This document shows positions 1 to 12,510 of a DNA stretch of 64,000 bases, one piece after another. This stretch comes from Chitinophaga pinensis. Lineage in GTDB: Bacteria > Bacteroidota > Bacteroidia > NS11-12g > UBA955. The notes beneath the pieces were generated by a model, which worked only from the letters and a program-made list of their open reading frames with translations, ran no database searches and was not told where the DNA came from. The stretch lies in contig CAMAQS010000002.1 in assembly GCA_945860565.1 (NCBI GenBank), forward strand, positions 1,951-65,950. The letters are read 5' to 3'. The position numbers and the translations under genes are program-made. Each line of letters starts with the position of its first letter. Position 1 is the first letter of the stretch.

Positions 1-2
1 AA

Positions 3-187
3 CGTTATGGAGCATACACTGCCATGAATTACCATCATTGGGAAATTTGTAGAGATGCTTGCGCTGCCGGTGCTGAGCAAAAAGTACCGGTTTATGTATT
101 TTTAAAAGATGCGTTGATCCGAAAAATGGGTGAAGCTTGGTACAACGAATTAATCCAAATTGCAAAGGATTGGAATAAGCAACGCAA
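3..187 (+). CDS. C-terminal fragment of a CDS whose 5' end lies outside the window; product unknown
   Basis: Frame 3 is open from the window edge to TAA at 185-187 (...HWEICRDACAAGAEQKVPVYVFLKDALIRKMGEAWYNELIQIAKDWNKQRN*). Coding-like composition; I recognise no motif. Confidence 0.35.
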
Positions 188-1045
188 CTAACAAACCAAA
201 CAAGATATTAGTCCTGCAAACATAATTTGTTTGAGGTATTTTGAAATGTTGGAATAGTCTTCGGTGTTCTTGGCTTTATACATTTTAATTGCTATAAAAG
301 CAGCAAAAGGAAGTAAAATGACTGCAGAAAAAGCCAAAAATAGTATTTCATAAGATTGGAAGTAAATGATAGGCAATAAGAGTAGAGCCAAAAAAAAGGA
401 GATGAAAGAGAGTATTTTGGTTTTTTTAATTCCTTTTAAAAGGGGATAAGTGTTGTAGCCTTGTATTGCGTCACCTTCCATGTCTTCAATGTCTTTTATC
501 ATTTCGCGTGACAGGGTTATTAAAAAGGCAATGCATGCATATTCAGCAAAAAATGTTTTGGATACTCCATAAACACCGCGGGATGCCACATACACAACCA
601 TTCCAGCCATTAACGATATCAATAAGTTTCCTTGAAGGTTTTCTCCTTTAAAATCACTTGAGTAAAAGTAGAGTAAAACGGACATGGTTAAACATAAAAT
701 ACCCATTCCCAAACCAGTTAAAAAGCCAAAACCAATGCCAATTGTCGTAAGGATAGCGTAATAGATTCGCGCATGTTTAAGTTTTATAGACTTTGCAATG
801 ATGCGCTTATGGGGTTTATTAATGGTATCGGTTTCGATGTCGAAAATGTCATTTATAATGTAACCTCCTGAGGCTATTAAAATGCAAGCTAGGGAATTGT
901 ATAATGCTGCTGGATATCGAATATTTTCCCAATCGATAATGAGGTTATTGGTATATACTCTGGAGGCCGATAAATAAAACAATCCTTGAGTTAACAAAGT
1001 TAAAAGGAGATTGACAGGCCTGAGTATTATCCAATAGGCTTTCAT
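188..1045 (-). CDS. UbiA-family prenyltransferase (polytopic membrane protein)
   Basis: Multiple hydrophobic helices; the Asp-rich motif NDIFDIETDTINKPHKR matches the UbiA NDxxDxxxD signature. The stop overlaps the def start by 4 nt. Confidence 0.6.
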   Translation of the reverse strand: MKAYWIILRPVNLLLTLLTQGLFYLSASRVYTNNLIIDWENIRYPAALYNSLACILIASGGYIINDIFDIETDTINKPHKRIIAKSIKLKHARIYYAILTTIGIGFGFLTGLGMGILCLTMSVLLYFYSSDFKGENLQGNLLISLMAGMVVYVASRGVYGVSKTFFAEYACIAFLITLSREMIKDIEDMEGDAIQGYNTYPLLKGIKKTKILSFISFFLALLLLPIIYFQSYEILFLAFSAVILLPFAAFIAIKMYKAKNTEDYSNISKYLKQIMFAGLISCLVC

Positions 1046-1596
1046 TTACGGGGAGGAAATTTCATTTTGTATTGGGCTTTTGTAATTCCTTTGCTAATGT
1101 AATCTAATTTTCGCTTTAACATGCTTCTTTTTAGTGGGGATATTCTGTCGGTAAATAGGATACCTTCAATATGATCGTATTCATGTTGGATTATGCGTGC
1201 GGCCATCCCCCCAAAAGTTCGGGTATGTTCATTCCAATTGGCATCGAAATAGTGAATTGTAACATCTCCTTTTCGGCGTACATTTTCTCTTATATCGGGA
1301 ATACTTAGGCAGCCCTCTTCAAAGTCCCATTCTTCTCCAAATTCGTCTAAGATGGTAGGATTTATAAAAACCTCTTTGAATGCTGGGGGATGAATGTCTT
1401 CAATTTCTGAACCATCAACAATGAACAATCTGATAGGCAGGCCAATTTGAGGCGCGGCCAATCCAATGCCGTTGCTTTCGTACATGGTTTCAAACATGTT
1501 TTCGATTAGTGTATTTAAATTCTCATAATCAGGAGAAATGTGTTCTGATTTTTTTCTAAGTACGGATTGTCCGAAAGCGTATATAGGGAGTATCAT
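1042..1596 (-). CDS. def: Peptide deformylase
   Basis: The three canonical PDF motifs are present: GIGLAAPQIG, EGCLSIP and QHEYDHIEG (HExxH). Confidence 0.9.
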   Translation of the reverse strand: MILPIYAFGQSVLRKKSEHISPDYENLNTLIENMFETMYESNGIGLAAPQIGLPIRLFIVDGSEIEDIHPPAFKEVFINPTILDEFGEEWDFEEGCLSIPDIRENVRRKGDVTIHYFDANWNEHTRTFGGMAARIIQHEYDHIEGILFTDRISPLKRSMLKRKLDYISKGITKAQYKMKFPPRK

Positions 1597-2006
1597 GAAA
1601 TTTTCTGTAAATATGTTTGTAAAATAATGGTGGCTGCAACGGTATCAATGAGACCTTTTTCTTTGCGTTTTTCCTTTTTTTTACCCATTAAATGAATTTG
1701 GGTTTGTGCTTCTTTGGAGCTAAAACGTTCGTCAATGGTTTCGACGGGAATGGACGGATAATGTTGATGTAGCCATTCTATAAAATCAATGACATGTTGG
1801 GTAGCATGGGTGTCGTCACCCGTAAGCCTCAAGGGCATGCCAACCACGAAACAATCAACTTGTTCTTCTTTGGTATAATAGGCTAGCCAATCTGGAAAAT
1901 CGGGGGCAAATATTGTGTCGTAAGGCTGCGCGAACATTTTCAAAGGATCTGTAACTGCGATGCCAATTCGTTTAAGGCCATAATCAATGCCAATAATGCG
2001 CGACAT
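1593..2006 (-). CDS. ruvX: RuvX/YqgF Holliday-junction resolvase-like nuclease
   Basis: N-terminus MSRIIGIDYGLKRIGIAVTD is the YqgF/RuvX signature; about 137 aa; 4-nt overlap with def. Confidence 0.85.
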   Translation of the reverse strand: MSRIIGIDYGLKRIGIAVTDPLKMFAQPYDTIFAPDFPDWLAYYTKEEQVDCFVVGMPLRLTGDDTHATQHVIDFIEWLHQHYPSIPVETIDERFSSKEAQTQIHLMGKKKEKRKEKGLIDTVAATIILQTYLQKIS

Positions 2007-2048
2007 GCCGCAAAGATACGGTTATTTTTTTTTTATTGGGGACCATTC

Positions 2049-2090
2049 GTTGAAAACAAACAAGGCCATTTCAAATAAAATGGCCTTGTT
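2049..2090 (-). terminator. Rho-independent terminator downstream of groES-groEL
   Basis: Perfect 10-bp inverted repeat caaggccatt/aatggccttg (2061-2088). It is flanked by an A-run on the + strand, which is a T-run for the minus-strand transcript. Confidence 0.45.
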
Positions 2091-2112
2091 AAGATGTTTC
2101 AGAATAGGGAAA

Positions 2113-3762
<1,650 letters not shown>

Positions 3763-4038
3763 TTAAATAATTGCTAAAATGTCGCTTTCCTTCATAATTA
3801 GGTAATCCACTCCATCAAGTCCAATTTCGGTACCAGCATATTTACCGTAAAGTACCGTATCACCTGCTTTAACAGTCATGGGTTCGTCTTTTTTGCCTGT
3901 ACCCACTGCAATTACTTTTCCTCTTTGTGGTTTTTCTTTGGCGGTGTCTGGAATAATGATACCTGAAGCTGTTGTTTGCTCGGCGGCAACTGGTTCTATC
4001 AGAACTCGGTCGGCCAATGGTTTAATGTTCACTGACAT
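3763..4038 (-). CDS. groS: Co-chaperonin GroES (10 kDa)
   Basis: [30 protein letters not shown]..., 91 aa, immediately upstream of groL. Confidence 0.95.
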   Translation of the reverse strand: MSVNIKPLADRVLIEPVAAEQTTASGIIIPDTAKEKPQRGKVIAVGTGKKDEPMTVKAGDTVLYGKYAGTEIGLDGVDYLIMKESDILAII

Positions 4039-4150
4039 AATATTATCTTGTATTTTTTTAAGTATGTGTTTGGCACAAGAATTACCAATACTGTGCCATT
4101 TGAGTAAATCTGCAATTTGTGCAGAAAATTCTTCAAAAAGTGTCAGTTTG

Positions 4151-5389
4151 TCAGATTAGTGCCCCAATATAGACCGCTGCTTTTGCAATATTTGGCGTAG
4201 ACTTATTTATATGTATTGCTATCTTGTTTTTTATTTCACTATATTCTAAGGGAGACTTTTGCAGCACAAGCTTAATGTTATCGGCAATTTCTTTGGATGT
4301 TTTCCCACCAAAACCTATTTCTTCATCCATGAATTCATGAATTTCTGGCGATTTATAAGTAAGGGTTCCAAAAATTATTGGAATTCCAGATGCCAAAGGT
4401 TCAATACAGTTGTGCAATCCTTTGCCCAGTCCGCCGCCAATCACAGCGACTTTGGCCAATTTATATAGTCGACTCAGCAATCCAATACCATCGAGAATAA
4501 GTATATTGGCTTGTGCGAAGTTATTTCTAGAAAAACGGGTTACCCCATATTCTGAAAATTGATTTTCAATTTCTTGAAGATGAGATTCACTTATGTCGTG
4601 GGGTGCAATGATAATTTTCTGATTGCCTAGTATTTTATTCTGTCTTAAATATATTGATAAAGCCATCTCCTCTTCCTGCCAACTGCTACCGAGAATAAGT
4701 ATTTCCTTTTCATGGCAAAATTCCAGCAGTTCTTTTGGAATTGGAAAGTCCTGTAAATTTTGCAACTCTTTGGCGCGGGTGTAGCGAATATCGCCAAGAA
4801 GAATTGCATTAAAATCCATACCTTGGGCCAGTTTCATGGTGAGGTTGTCTTGTGCATAAAAAACACCAACCTGTTTTAGAACTTTACGCCAAAGTTGTGA
4901 CCATTTTTTTGTTAAAAAGTGATTTTCTCGTAACAAAAAATTCCAATATATTGTAGGAATTTTGGATTCAAATCCTGCTATTAAATGATTTAGCCAGAAT
5001 TCGTATTTAACAACAATTATTAAATCTGGGTTGATTGAATGAATCCATAATTTCGCATATTTTTTGGTGTCGGATAACATATAGAATTTTTGCGCATTAT
5101 CTGGTAACGTGGCATTTTCATATCCAGATGGTGAGAAAAAGGTGAAAATCCAATCTATATTGGGTGTCGTTTTGTTTAACTCATTAACCAAAGGCAGGCA
5201 CATTTCAAACTCACCTAAACTGGCCGAGTGAACCCATATTCTCTTGTTATTTTTGGGAGGGAAATTTTGAAGTTTTAAACGCGTGTTTTTGCGCCCTTGT
5301 TTTAAACGTTTGATTTTCGGGGAAAAGAGAGTCAATATGGATAAAACCACATTGCCAATTATAACCAATAGTGAGTAAAAGGTATTCAA
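4151..5389 (-). CDS. waaA: 3-deoxy-D-manno-octulosonic acid (Kdo) transferase
   Basis: The N-terminal [17 protein letters not shown] matches the KdtA WxHAASVGE motif. C-terminal GT-B-like region; about 410 aa. Confidence 0.7.
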   Translation of the reverse strand: MNTFYSLLVIIGNVVLSILTLFSPKIKRLKQGRKNTRLKLQNFPPKNNKRIWVHSASLGEFEMCLPLVNELNKTTPNIDWIFTFFSPSGYENATLPDNAQKFYMLSDTKKYAKLWIHSINPDLIIVVKYEFWLNHLIAGFESKIPTIYWNFLLRENHFLTKKWSQLWRKVLKQVGVFYAQDNLTMKLAQGMDFNAILLGDIRYTRAKELQNLQDFPIPKELLEFCHEKEILILGSSWQEEEMALSIYLRQNKILGNQKIIIAPHDISESHLQEIENQFSEYGVTRFSRNNFAQANILILDGIGLLSRLYKLAKVAVIGGGLGKGLHNCIEPLASGIPIIFGTLTYKSPEIHEFMDEEIGFGGKTSKEIADNIKLVLQKSPLEYSEIKNKIAIHINKSTPNIAKAAVYIGALI

Positions 5390-5391
5390 AA

Positions 5392-6192
5392 TTATTCGGT
5401 GAAGTATTCAGGTTCGATTTGGTTGTCTCCAATTTTAATGGGAATGATGATGCCAAAATTTACTCCAAATCCATAATCTACGCTTCGATTATTCCTTGGG
5501 GTTTGGGTTGAAAAATCATAGGCACGCAGTAGGTTGTTTTGGCCTTGCGTTAAATCTAAACCTAAGACAAACGAGACTGAAGAATAATTAAAATATTGAA
5601 TTCTGATTTTTTCGCTGACTTGAAATCCATCTGATCGTCGGTCATACCCACCTAAATTCTCTTCTTCTAATTGTGGCAATTTGTCTAAGTCGAACACAAA
5701 CTTGGTGTAGTGATAGTGGTAACCTAGTCCAGCGCCGGCATGAAGCGTCCATGTTGTTTGGTTTTTTCGTTTAAGTACAATTGTTTTTAGACCGTAAATA
5801 TTGGTATGAAAACCGCGCATATATGTTCGAATAATGGCTGGATACCCTGTTATATCTAGCAAGGAACCATCTTCGGTGGTCATGCCAGTGTATAAATTCG
5901 TTGAATTTACGTTTGATCCGAGGTAAATATCGTGTTCAATACCGGCCACAAATTTATTTCGATGTTGGTATTCCAGACGAATGGGTACACTGGTATGCGA
6001 TGCATATCTCTCTGCCCATTTACCTGAGTTTTGATTTATGTTGAAACCTGCTTGTAAAAATAGCCATCTTTTATCTTTGATTTTAGGAGAAATCACTGAT
6101 TTGGAAGTGTCCGTATCCGTTTTTGCGGAAACGATATTCATCCCCCAAAAGGAAAAAAACAACAAGAATACAAGAAATGATGACTTTTGCAT
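5392..6192 (-). CDS. Outer-membrane beta-barrel protein (OmpA-like/PorT-like small barrel candidate)
   Basis: Signal peptide, alternating amphipathic strands rich in G/Y/F/T, C-terminal aromatic-rich segment. No specific family motif recognised. Confidence 0.4.
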   Translation of the reverse strand: MQKSSFLVFLLFFSFWGMNIVSAKTDTDTSKSVISPKIKDKRWLFLQAGFNINQNSGKWAERYASHTSVPIRLEYQHRNKFVAGIEHDIYLGSNVNSTNLYTGMTTEDGSLLDITGYPAIIRTYMRGFHTNIYGLKTIVLKRKNQTTWTLHAGAGLGYHYHYTKFVFDLDKLPQLEEENLGGYDRRSDGFQVSEKIRIQYFNYSSVSFVLGLDLTQGQNNLLRAYDFSTQTPRNNRSVDYGFGVNFGIIIPIKIGDNQIEPEYFTE

Positions 6193-6218
6193 GGTGTATA
6201 AAGTCCGAAAGTAAGAAA

Positions 6219-7010
6219 TTAATCTGTAGTTAGGATTGTTTGAGATAAAAACTGACGCAATACTTGGATAAATTCTTCGGGATTGTCGGCATGAACCCAG
6301 TGTCCGGCTTTTGAAATGGTTATATATTCAACCAATGGATAATGGGCATTGATGTAAGGTTTGTCATTTTCTTTAAGGTATCCACTTTTTTCACCGAGAA
6401 TAAAGAGGGTTGGAACATTGACCCGGTTGGTTAAACTAATTTCATCAATTATTTCGTGGTAATAGTTTTCAATTGCTTGGATATTTATTTTAAGTTGATA
6501 TCCACCTTGGGGAATGGCTTCAATATTTTTAAGCAAGAATTGACGAATGCTGAGCACAGAAGCATAAGGGGTAAGGGCTTCATCGGCTTCTTTTCTGTTT
6601 TGGATTTTGGTAAAATCGATGCTTTTAAAGGCATTGAAAAAATCCATGTGACTGGGAATATAGAGTTTGGGTGCTATGTCTACTATAACCAAGGCAGACA
6701 ATTTATTTGGATATTTTTGAGAGAAAACCATGGCCGTTTTTCCACCCATAGAATGTCCCAAAATAATGGCTTTTTCATCCCCCAAAAAACACATCAATTC
6801 ATATAAATCTTCTGCCATTGCGTTAAAAGAAGAATCGGAATGATGAAAGGATTTGCCGTGATTGCGTGCGTCGAGAGTAACCACTTTATATTGGGATGAT
6901 AGATTTGTGGCCACTAAGTGCCAGTTGTCTAACATCCCAAAAATACCGTGTAAAATATAGATTGGAGGTGCTGTTGGTTCGCCGTAAATTTTATGGTGAA
7001 CGAGTGACAT
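6219..7010 (-). CDS. Alpha/beta-fold hydrolase
   Basis: HGIFG oxyanion region and the nucleophile elbow ILGHSMGGKTAM (GxSxG). Confidence 0.7.
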   Translation of the reverse strand: MSLVHHKIYGEPTAPPIYILHGIFGMLDNWHLVATNLSSQYKVVTLDARNHGKSFHHSDSSFNAMAEDLYELMCFLGDEKAIILGHSMGGKTAMVFSQKYPNKLSALVIVDIAPKLYIPSHMDFFNAFKSIDFTKIQNRKEADEALTPYASVLSIRQFLLKNIEAIPQGGYQLKINIQAIENYYHEIIDEISLTNRVNVPTLFILGEKSGYLKENDKPYINAHYPLVEYITISKAGHWVHADNPEEFIQVLRQFLSQTILTTD

Positions 7011-7017
7011 TTGCGCC

Positions 7018-8148
7018 TTAAGCTAGAACTTCAGTTACAGGAGTGTAAGGCAAATTAAATGCATCACTTACGCCTTTGTAAACTACTTTTCCGTTAACCA
7101 CGTTTAGACCTAAAGTTAGGTCTGCACTGTCTTTGCAAGCTTGTGTCCAGCCTTTATTTGCCAATTGAAGGGCATAAGGCAGTGTTGCATTGGTAAGTGC
7201 AAGGGTAGAAGTATAAGGTACCGCACCGGGCATGTTTGCTACGCAATAATGAACTACACCGTCTACTACGTAAGTTGGCTCTGCATGTGTGGTTGGTTTT
7301 GAAGTTTCAAAACAACCGCCTTGATCGATGGCAACGTCAACAATAACAGAACCAGCTTTCATGGTTGGAAGCATGTCTTTGGTAATTAATTTTGGGGCTT
7401 TTGCACCGGGAATAAGAACGCCGCCAATAACCAAATCTGCAGTTTTTATTGCTTCTCTAATATTATATTCGTTGCTGTATTGTGTTTGTACATTGGCAGG
7501 CATAAAGTCATCAAGTTGTCTTAATCTAGGCAAACTCACGTCCATGATGGTAACACTTGCTCCCATACCAGCAGCCATTTTCGCTGCTTGTGTTCCGACA
7601 ACACCTCCACCTAAAACAATGACATTAGCTGGTTTAACACCAGGCACACCGCCCAATAATATACCCAACCCACCCATTGGTTTCTCTAAATATTTTGCAC
7701 CTTCTTGAATACTCATTCTTCCGGCAACTTCACTCATTGGCACCAATAATGGAAGTGCTCTATCTTTTTCAACCGTTTCATATGCCAAACAAACGGCGTT
7801 GGTTTTAATCATGGCATGGGTTAATGGCTCGTAAGAAGCGAAGTGGAAATAAGTAAACAACAATTGATTGTCGCGAATGAGTGCATATTCTTGTTCAATT
7901 GGCTCTTTCACCTTTACAATCATTTCAGCGATTGCATAAACTTCTTCTATGGTAGGAAGTAATTTAGCTCCATTTTGGATGTATTCTTCGTCTGAGAATC
8001 CACTTCCGTTGCCGGCATTAGCCTGTACATACACATTGTGTCCATGTTTTACGAACTCACGTACTCCGGCTGGAGTTACCGCTACGCGGTTTTCATTATT
8101 TTTAATTTCTTTAGGTACCCCGATTATCATGATATAAAATTGGGGCAA
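7018..8148 (-). CDS. ald: Alanine dehydrogenase
   Basis: MIIGVPKEIKNNENRVAVTPAGV... N-terminus, the NAD-binding VIVLGGGVVGTQAAKMAAGMGASVTIMD motif, about 375 aa. Confidence 0.85.
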   Translation of the reverse strand: MPQFYIMIIGVPKEIKNNENRVAVTPAGVREFVKHGHNVYVQANAGNGSGFSDEEYIQNGAKLLPTIEEVYAIAEMIVKVKEPIEQEYALIRDNQLLFTYFHFASYEPLTHAMIKTNAVCLAYETVEKDRALPLLVPMSEVAGRMSIQEGAKYLEKPMGGLGILLGGVPGVKPANVIVLGGGVVGTQAAKMAAGMGASVTIMDVSLPRLRQLDDFMPANVQTQYSNEYNIREAIKTADLVIGGVLIPGAKAPKLITKDMLPTMKAGSVIVDVAIDQGGCFETSKPTTHAEPTYVVDGVVHYCVANMPGAVPYTSTLALTNATLPYALQLANKGWTQACKDSADLTLGLNVVNGKVVYKGVSDAFNLPYTPVTEVLA

Positions 8149-8164
8149 AGATAAGGGCGAACTA

Positions 8165-9205
8165 TCAATTCACCTTCAAATTGACCCAATCATTTTGTAT
8201 TTTATGAAAGATCGTTTCTATAAGTTGGGGAGTTTGTATAAATTGAGGTTTTGGATGAATGGGTTGTTCAGATTTTAACCAATTGGAAACAATGAGAGAA
8301 AAGTGTATGTCGATTCTAGGAACAACCAAAACACCCATTTTTTCTAAGGCAGCGGCGTTGTATTGTTGTTCATATTGTCCTCGAATTGGAACTACAAGAA
8401 GTTTTTTATTCAAAAATAAAGCTTCAGAAGGCGTTTCAAAACCTGCACTGCAAATTACGCCATGGCAATGAATTAAGCTTTGGTTGAATTCATTGTGAGA
8501 TATTGGAAAAAAGTGCAAGTTCAAATCGGAGTATGGGGTGTCTATTTCTTTTGAAAAGATATGGAACTGCGTTTTGTTTAATCCATAAAAGTACTTTTTA
8601 AACTGGATTAAAGCATAATGAGGTAAATAAACACTAATGTGGCCTCTATCTGAGGGGTTTGCTTGCCACAATACATCTTTTATAACTGGTGGAAAAATCC
8701 AGTCTTCTGGTTGTTCAAAGTGAAAACCAATGTTTTGTTTTGACTTGCAGTAGTTTTTCAGAATCCATTGTTTCCATTTGCTTTTTTTAGGAGGTTTACT
8801 TGTTTCATTGGAGTGGAAACTGGCTTGATGTCCAAAATGGACAAATGGAATTTTTTTAATTTTGCAGGCCAATTGGCTAATAAATTCATAGTCAATTAAC
8901 ACTATATCATAAGATTCAACGGGTATATTTTTTGCATCTTTTACCAATTTTTTCGGGTGAATTTGTTTTAAAATTCGCAATTCATCCAATTTCCCACTTT
9001 TTTTATAAAAAAGGCTTAATCCGGAAAAGCGGTATTTTATTTCAAAGGGTAGAGACAATTCGGAATTGCTGCCACTAAGTAATATGTCAACCTCACCATA
9101 TTGTTTAAGCAGTGGAATAATTTCTTGAGCACGGGAAATATGGCCATTGCCTGTGGCTTGTATGGAATATAGAATTTTCATTTTTAAAGAGCGCTTTGAA
9201 TCCAA
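8165..9205 (-). CDS. Glycosyltransferase (MJ1255/TIGR00661-like GT-B family)
   Basis: MKILYSIQATGNGHISRAQEII... N-terminus typical of this uncharacterised GT family; overlaps the downstream lpxH-like gene by 22 nt. Confidence 0.5.
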   Translation of the reverse strand: MDSKRSLKMKILYSIQATGNGHISRAQEIIPLLKQYGEVDILLSGSNSELSLPFEIKYRFSGLSLFYKKSGKLDELRILKQIHPKKLVKDAKNIPVESYDIVLIDYEFISQLACKIKKIPFVHFGHQASFHSNETSKPPKKSKWKQWILKNYCKSKQNIGFHFEQPEDWIFPPVIKDVLWQANPSDRGHISVYLPHYALIQFKKYFYGLNKTQFHIFSKEIDTPYSDLNLHFFPISHNEFNQSLIHCHGVICSAGFETPSEALFLNKKLLVVPIRGQYEQQYNAAALEKMGVLVVPRIDIHFSLIVSNWLKSEQPIHPKPQFIQTPQLIETIFHKIQNDWVNLKVN

Positions 9206-10035
9206 AAAGCAACTTTTTCAGTAAGTACATCTGGGATTTTGGGAGTACTAGGAAATTCGAAATGTTCCTTGGCTTTCATTTGTCTTTGTTCGTATTGATA
9301 TATGGTCCAGTTGTTCTTTGAGTATTCCAAGCTGGTTAGGTTTTCAATCCAGTCCCCGCTATTTAGATAAGTAACGGTTTTTCCATTTTTTGTAATTTCT
9401 TTTTTCTGTGGCTGATGTATATGTCCACAAATAACATAATCAAAGTTTTTTTCCAATGCCAAATCCGCTGCGGTTGCTTCAAAATCCTCAATCCAAGCCA
9501 CTGCTTTTTTAACGCCATTTTTAATTTGTTTTGAGAAACTGCGCTTTTCTTTGCCCATGGCGGTTAAGATTTTATTTGTCCAATGATTCAACCAAATAAG
9601 AAGGTCATATCCTTTTCCTCCAAGTTTTGCAATTATTTTGGCGCTGCCCTGTGTAGTAGCATCGAATACATCACCATGAAAAATCCAGGCTTTGCGGCCA
9701 TCTAATTCTAGTACAAGTTTGTCATCAAGAATTAAATTGCCTACCTGAATGCCAGAATACTTGCGAAACGCTTCATCATGGTTTCCCGTAATATAATAAA
9801 CCAAAGTGCCTTGTTCCATTAACGACAATATTTCCCGAATGACTTGCATGTGGGCAGCTGGAAAATACTTTTTCTTGAATTGCCAGATGTCAATAATGTC
9901 CCCGTTTAAAACTAAAATTCTGGGCTGAATTGACTTCAGATAATGGACTAACTCTAGGGCATGACAGCCAAATGTGCCCAAATGTATATCGCTTAACACA
10001 CATACTTCTAAGGAACGTTTCTGTTGACTTTGCAT
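9184..10035 (-). CDS. lpxH: UDP-2,3-diacylglucosamine diphosphatase (LpxH family metallophosphoesterase)
   Basis: Calcineurin-like motifs in LpxH order: DIHLG, LNGDIIDIWQF, ITGNHDE, FHGDVFD, ICGHIHQP. Confidence 0.6.
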   Translation of the reverse strand: MQSQQKRSLEVCVLSDIHLGTFGCHALELVHYLKSIQPRILVLNGDIIDIWQFKKKYFPAAHMQVIREILSLMEQGTLVYYITGNHDEAFRKYSGIQVGNLILDDKLVLELDGRKAWIFHGDVFDATTQGSAKIIAKLGGKGYDLLIWLNHWTNKILTAMGKEKRSFSKQIKNGVKKAVAWIEDFEATAADLALEKNFDYVICGHIHQPQKKEITKNGKTVTYLNSGDWIENLTSLEYSKNNWTIYQYEQRQMKAKEHFEFPSTPKIPDVLTEKVAFWIQSAL

Positions 10036-10169
10036 TATAGCATCGAATCAACAAAACAAATATCAACAGAATGAGTATTTAACGTGACAGTTGTGTTAAT
10101 TGTAGATTGCCTAAAGGTTTCTATGCCAACCGTTTGGTAATATTTTGATTGCATTTAAGAAATGAGATA

Positions 10170-11360
10170 TTATTGATATAATTTCTTTGATATTTTTTGG
10201 GGGATGGCTTTCTTGTTTAGCATTACAGAAATGGTTTTATATTGAAAATAACTGTTGCTGGCAAATAAATAACCTTCAAGTGAATTTGTTGTACCCCAAG
10301 AATTTTTTACTTTATAATAATAGGTGCCTGATTTTTCTTGGTACAAACCCGTAATGTGCATTCCATGGTCGTCGGTGGTTTTTTGAGAGTCAAAAGCGGC
10401 CTGACGAAGGTCTTGAGTAATAATTAATTCTTGACAAGGTGTATTAAATACGGTGCTTATTTTTTCTGCGCCGGCAGAATTGAATTGTTTGGAATCTTCT
10501 CCTTTTTTGGTAATTAGGGAGTCGTGAATGGGAACAATGGCCAATCCATCTCTATGTGAAAATCCCTTTTCGCTTACATCCGTTGCCCAAGCAACTGTAA
10601 AACCTTCTTTTAATGCTCCATTCACGGTTTCACTTAGTTCGTTAAGGGGGATATTGTAGGCTGTTTGCATGGCCCAATTATCGGGTACTTCAATTGCAAA
10701 TGGTTTTTTATAGAAGGGATGATGCGTAAAGGAGGTCAAAACAATATAGTCATCGGTATTTATTTCCAATGAAGCTGCAAAGGTTTTAGGATTGTACATT
10801 TTGCCATTGTAGTTAAACTCGGTTGGTATTTTCCCTAAATAGGAATCAAGTATACCTTCGAAAGCTGTTTTCCATTCGTTGCCGTATTCTGCATTGGGAA
10901 CTTTGAGTAAACCATCCAAAAAAGATTTTAAAACCAAAACCAATTCTGTGTGATCGTGGCGTTTTTTATTGTTTATTAATCCACTGTAAACAGATTCTGG
11001 AACAATTCCGTATTTGTCTATCATATAAAGAATATCGTGACCTTCTCCACCTTGATCAAACTGGTGTTTCCCATTTAAACGAATATAATTTATGGCTTTT
11101 TCGATACAGGCGTTTCTGGCAATAAACATTTCCGATAAGTCAATTTGACCTTTGCCATTTTTGATTAATTCAGATTCTAACAAAGAAAGTGTAGAATAAC
11201 TCCAACAGGTGGCCGTTTTACATTGGTCTTTTACGTTGGTTTTATCAAGTTCAGCAATTTTTTCAAATTGGTAGCTGCTATTTGGTTTGTTGGTTGTTGT
11301 TTGGGCAAATACAGTTGGTAAAATGCATAAACTAAATAGGGTTAAAAATACAGGTTTCAC
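10170..11360 (-). CDS. Secreted papain-family (C1) cysteine peptidase, aminopeptidase C/bleomycin-hydrolase-like
   Basis: Signal peptide; the active-site region DQCKTATCWSYS (Gln-Cys-Trp); C-terminal His/Asn region; about 396 aa. Confidence 0.55.
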   Translation of the reverse strand: MKPVFLTLFSLCILPTVFAQTTTNKPNSSYQFEKIAELDKTNVKDQCKTATCWSYSTLSLLESELIKNGKGQIDLSEMFIARNACIEKAINYIRLNGKHQFDQGGEGHDILYMIDKYGIVPESVYSGLINNKKRHDHTELVLVLKSFLDGLLKVPNAEYGNEWKTAFEGILDSYLGKIPTEFNYNGKMYNPKTFAASLEINTDDYIVLTSFTHHPFYKKPFAIEVPDNWAMQTAYNIPLNELSETVNGALKEGFTVAWATDVSEKGFSHRDGLAIVPIHDSLITKKGEDSKQFNSAGAEKISTVFNTPCQELIITQDLRQAAFDSQKTTDDHGMHITGLYQEKSGTYYYKVKNSWGTTNSLEGYLFASNSYFQYKTISVMLNKKAIPQKISKKLYQ

Positions 11361-11389
11361 AATTTCAAAGATATGAATTTAACCCAAAA

Positions 11390-12400
11390 TCAGGCAATCT
11401 GGTTGTTTTGTTTGAAGGGTTTTCGAATGATGTATAAATTTTTCTTTCGAAAACGATTCACATAATATTTAAATAAGAATAACAACCACTTTGATCGGGT
11501 GAAAATAACAAACGAATTTTTAACAGGAATTGCACCTAAAGTGCTTTTAATTTCAGTACCTGTTCTGCCAAGGTTTAAAATAGTTGCTTTCTCAGATATG
11601 GCGAAATCAACCAAATCAGACAACATTCTTTGATACAATTTGTAATTGGGGTCTAAGTGTTCATTCATGCCTAAATGCATGGCAAATAAATGTTTACCAT
11701 CGATGATGCATGTAATAAAACCCACCAATTGATTGTTTAGATAGTATCCGAATACCTTAAAGTTGGGACCAAGGGCTTTGTAATAACAATGCAGTAATTC
11801 CGGTAAATTTTTACCTACTGCGACGGTTTTTTTCTGGAGGGATTGGAATAGTAGCGAACCACAAGCAGCAATCCATTCGTTGGGAGGAAGGGTATGAAGT
11901 GTTCTTTTTTCGATGGATTTACTGTCTGAAAGAACTTTTTGTGCACGTACCCGGTATTTTGAGCTAAAATCTGCCAAATAATCCTCGTAATTATTCCAAT
12001 TGGGTCGAATTGGCAGTATCATGAATGGTTCTGCTTCTATGGTTACGGCGTCTGGATATTGTGAATACCCTAAAATATTGGCAACGATGAACTGGCATTT
12101 TACAGTTCCTGAATCGAATTGTTCCATTCCTTTTCCGGGTAACAATTGCGGGAAAATCAAACCTGGGGCACAGGCGTTTCCAATTGTGCGAATTATGCCT
12201 TTATTACTTATCGCATTAAACGTTTTTAACAGTAAACGATTTATGTGCTTTCCAGTGGGTCTGCTTAACTCCATTGCACTAGTTGGATAAGACTTTCCAT
12301 TTATTGAAATACCACCGGAATAATTTGGAAAAATGTGAAAAATTGACTTTCCTAAAGATTCATTAATTTCTTGAATAAGGGCATTGTTGTGATTTTCCAC
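11390..12400 (-). CDS. Hypothetical protein (FemAB/GNAT-like acyltransferase fold candidate)
   Basis: Coding-like 336-aa ORF; weak resemblance to the FemABX/DUF2156 family. No diagnostic motif. Confidence 0.3.
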   Translation of the reverse strand: MENHNNALIQEINESLGKSIFHIFPNYSGGISINGKSYPTSAMELSRPTGKHINRLLLKTFNAISNKGIIRTIGNACAPGLIFPQLLPGKGMEQFDSGTVKCQFIVANILGYSQYPDAVTIEAEPFMILPIRPNWNNYEDYLADFSSKYRVRAQKVLSDSKSIEKRTLHTLPPNEWIAACGSLLFQSLQKKTVAVGKNLPELLHCYYKALGPNFKVFGYYLNNQLVGFITCIIDGKHLFAMHLGMNEHLDPNYKLYQRMLSDLVDFAISEKATILNLGRTGTEIKSTLGAIPVKNSFVIFTRSKWLLFLFKYYVNRFRKKNLYIIRKPFKQNNQIA

Positions 12401-12510
12401 TGCTCAAAGGTCTTTCAGATATGCTGAATCACGAATTAAAATCGTTAGATATTACTATTTCATCGTTTATTTTTCATTTTGGGGGATGTATATTTTGTTA
12501 AGCCGCAACA

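Noticed and set aside
8165-10035. Glycosyltransferase adjacent to LpxH considered as a lipid-A disaccharide synthase (LpxB)
   Set aside because: The sequence (ATGNGHISRA N-terminus, about 346 aa) does not resemble GT19 LpxB and matches the MJ1255-like GT-B family instead. Adjacency to lpxH alone is insufficient.
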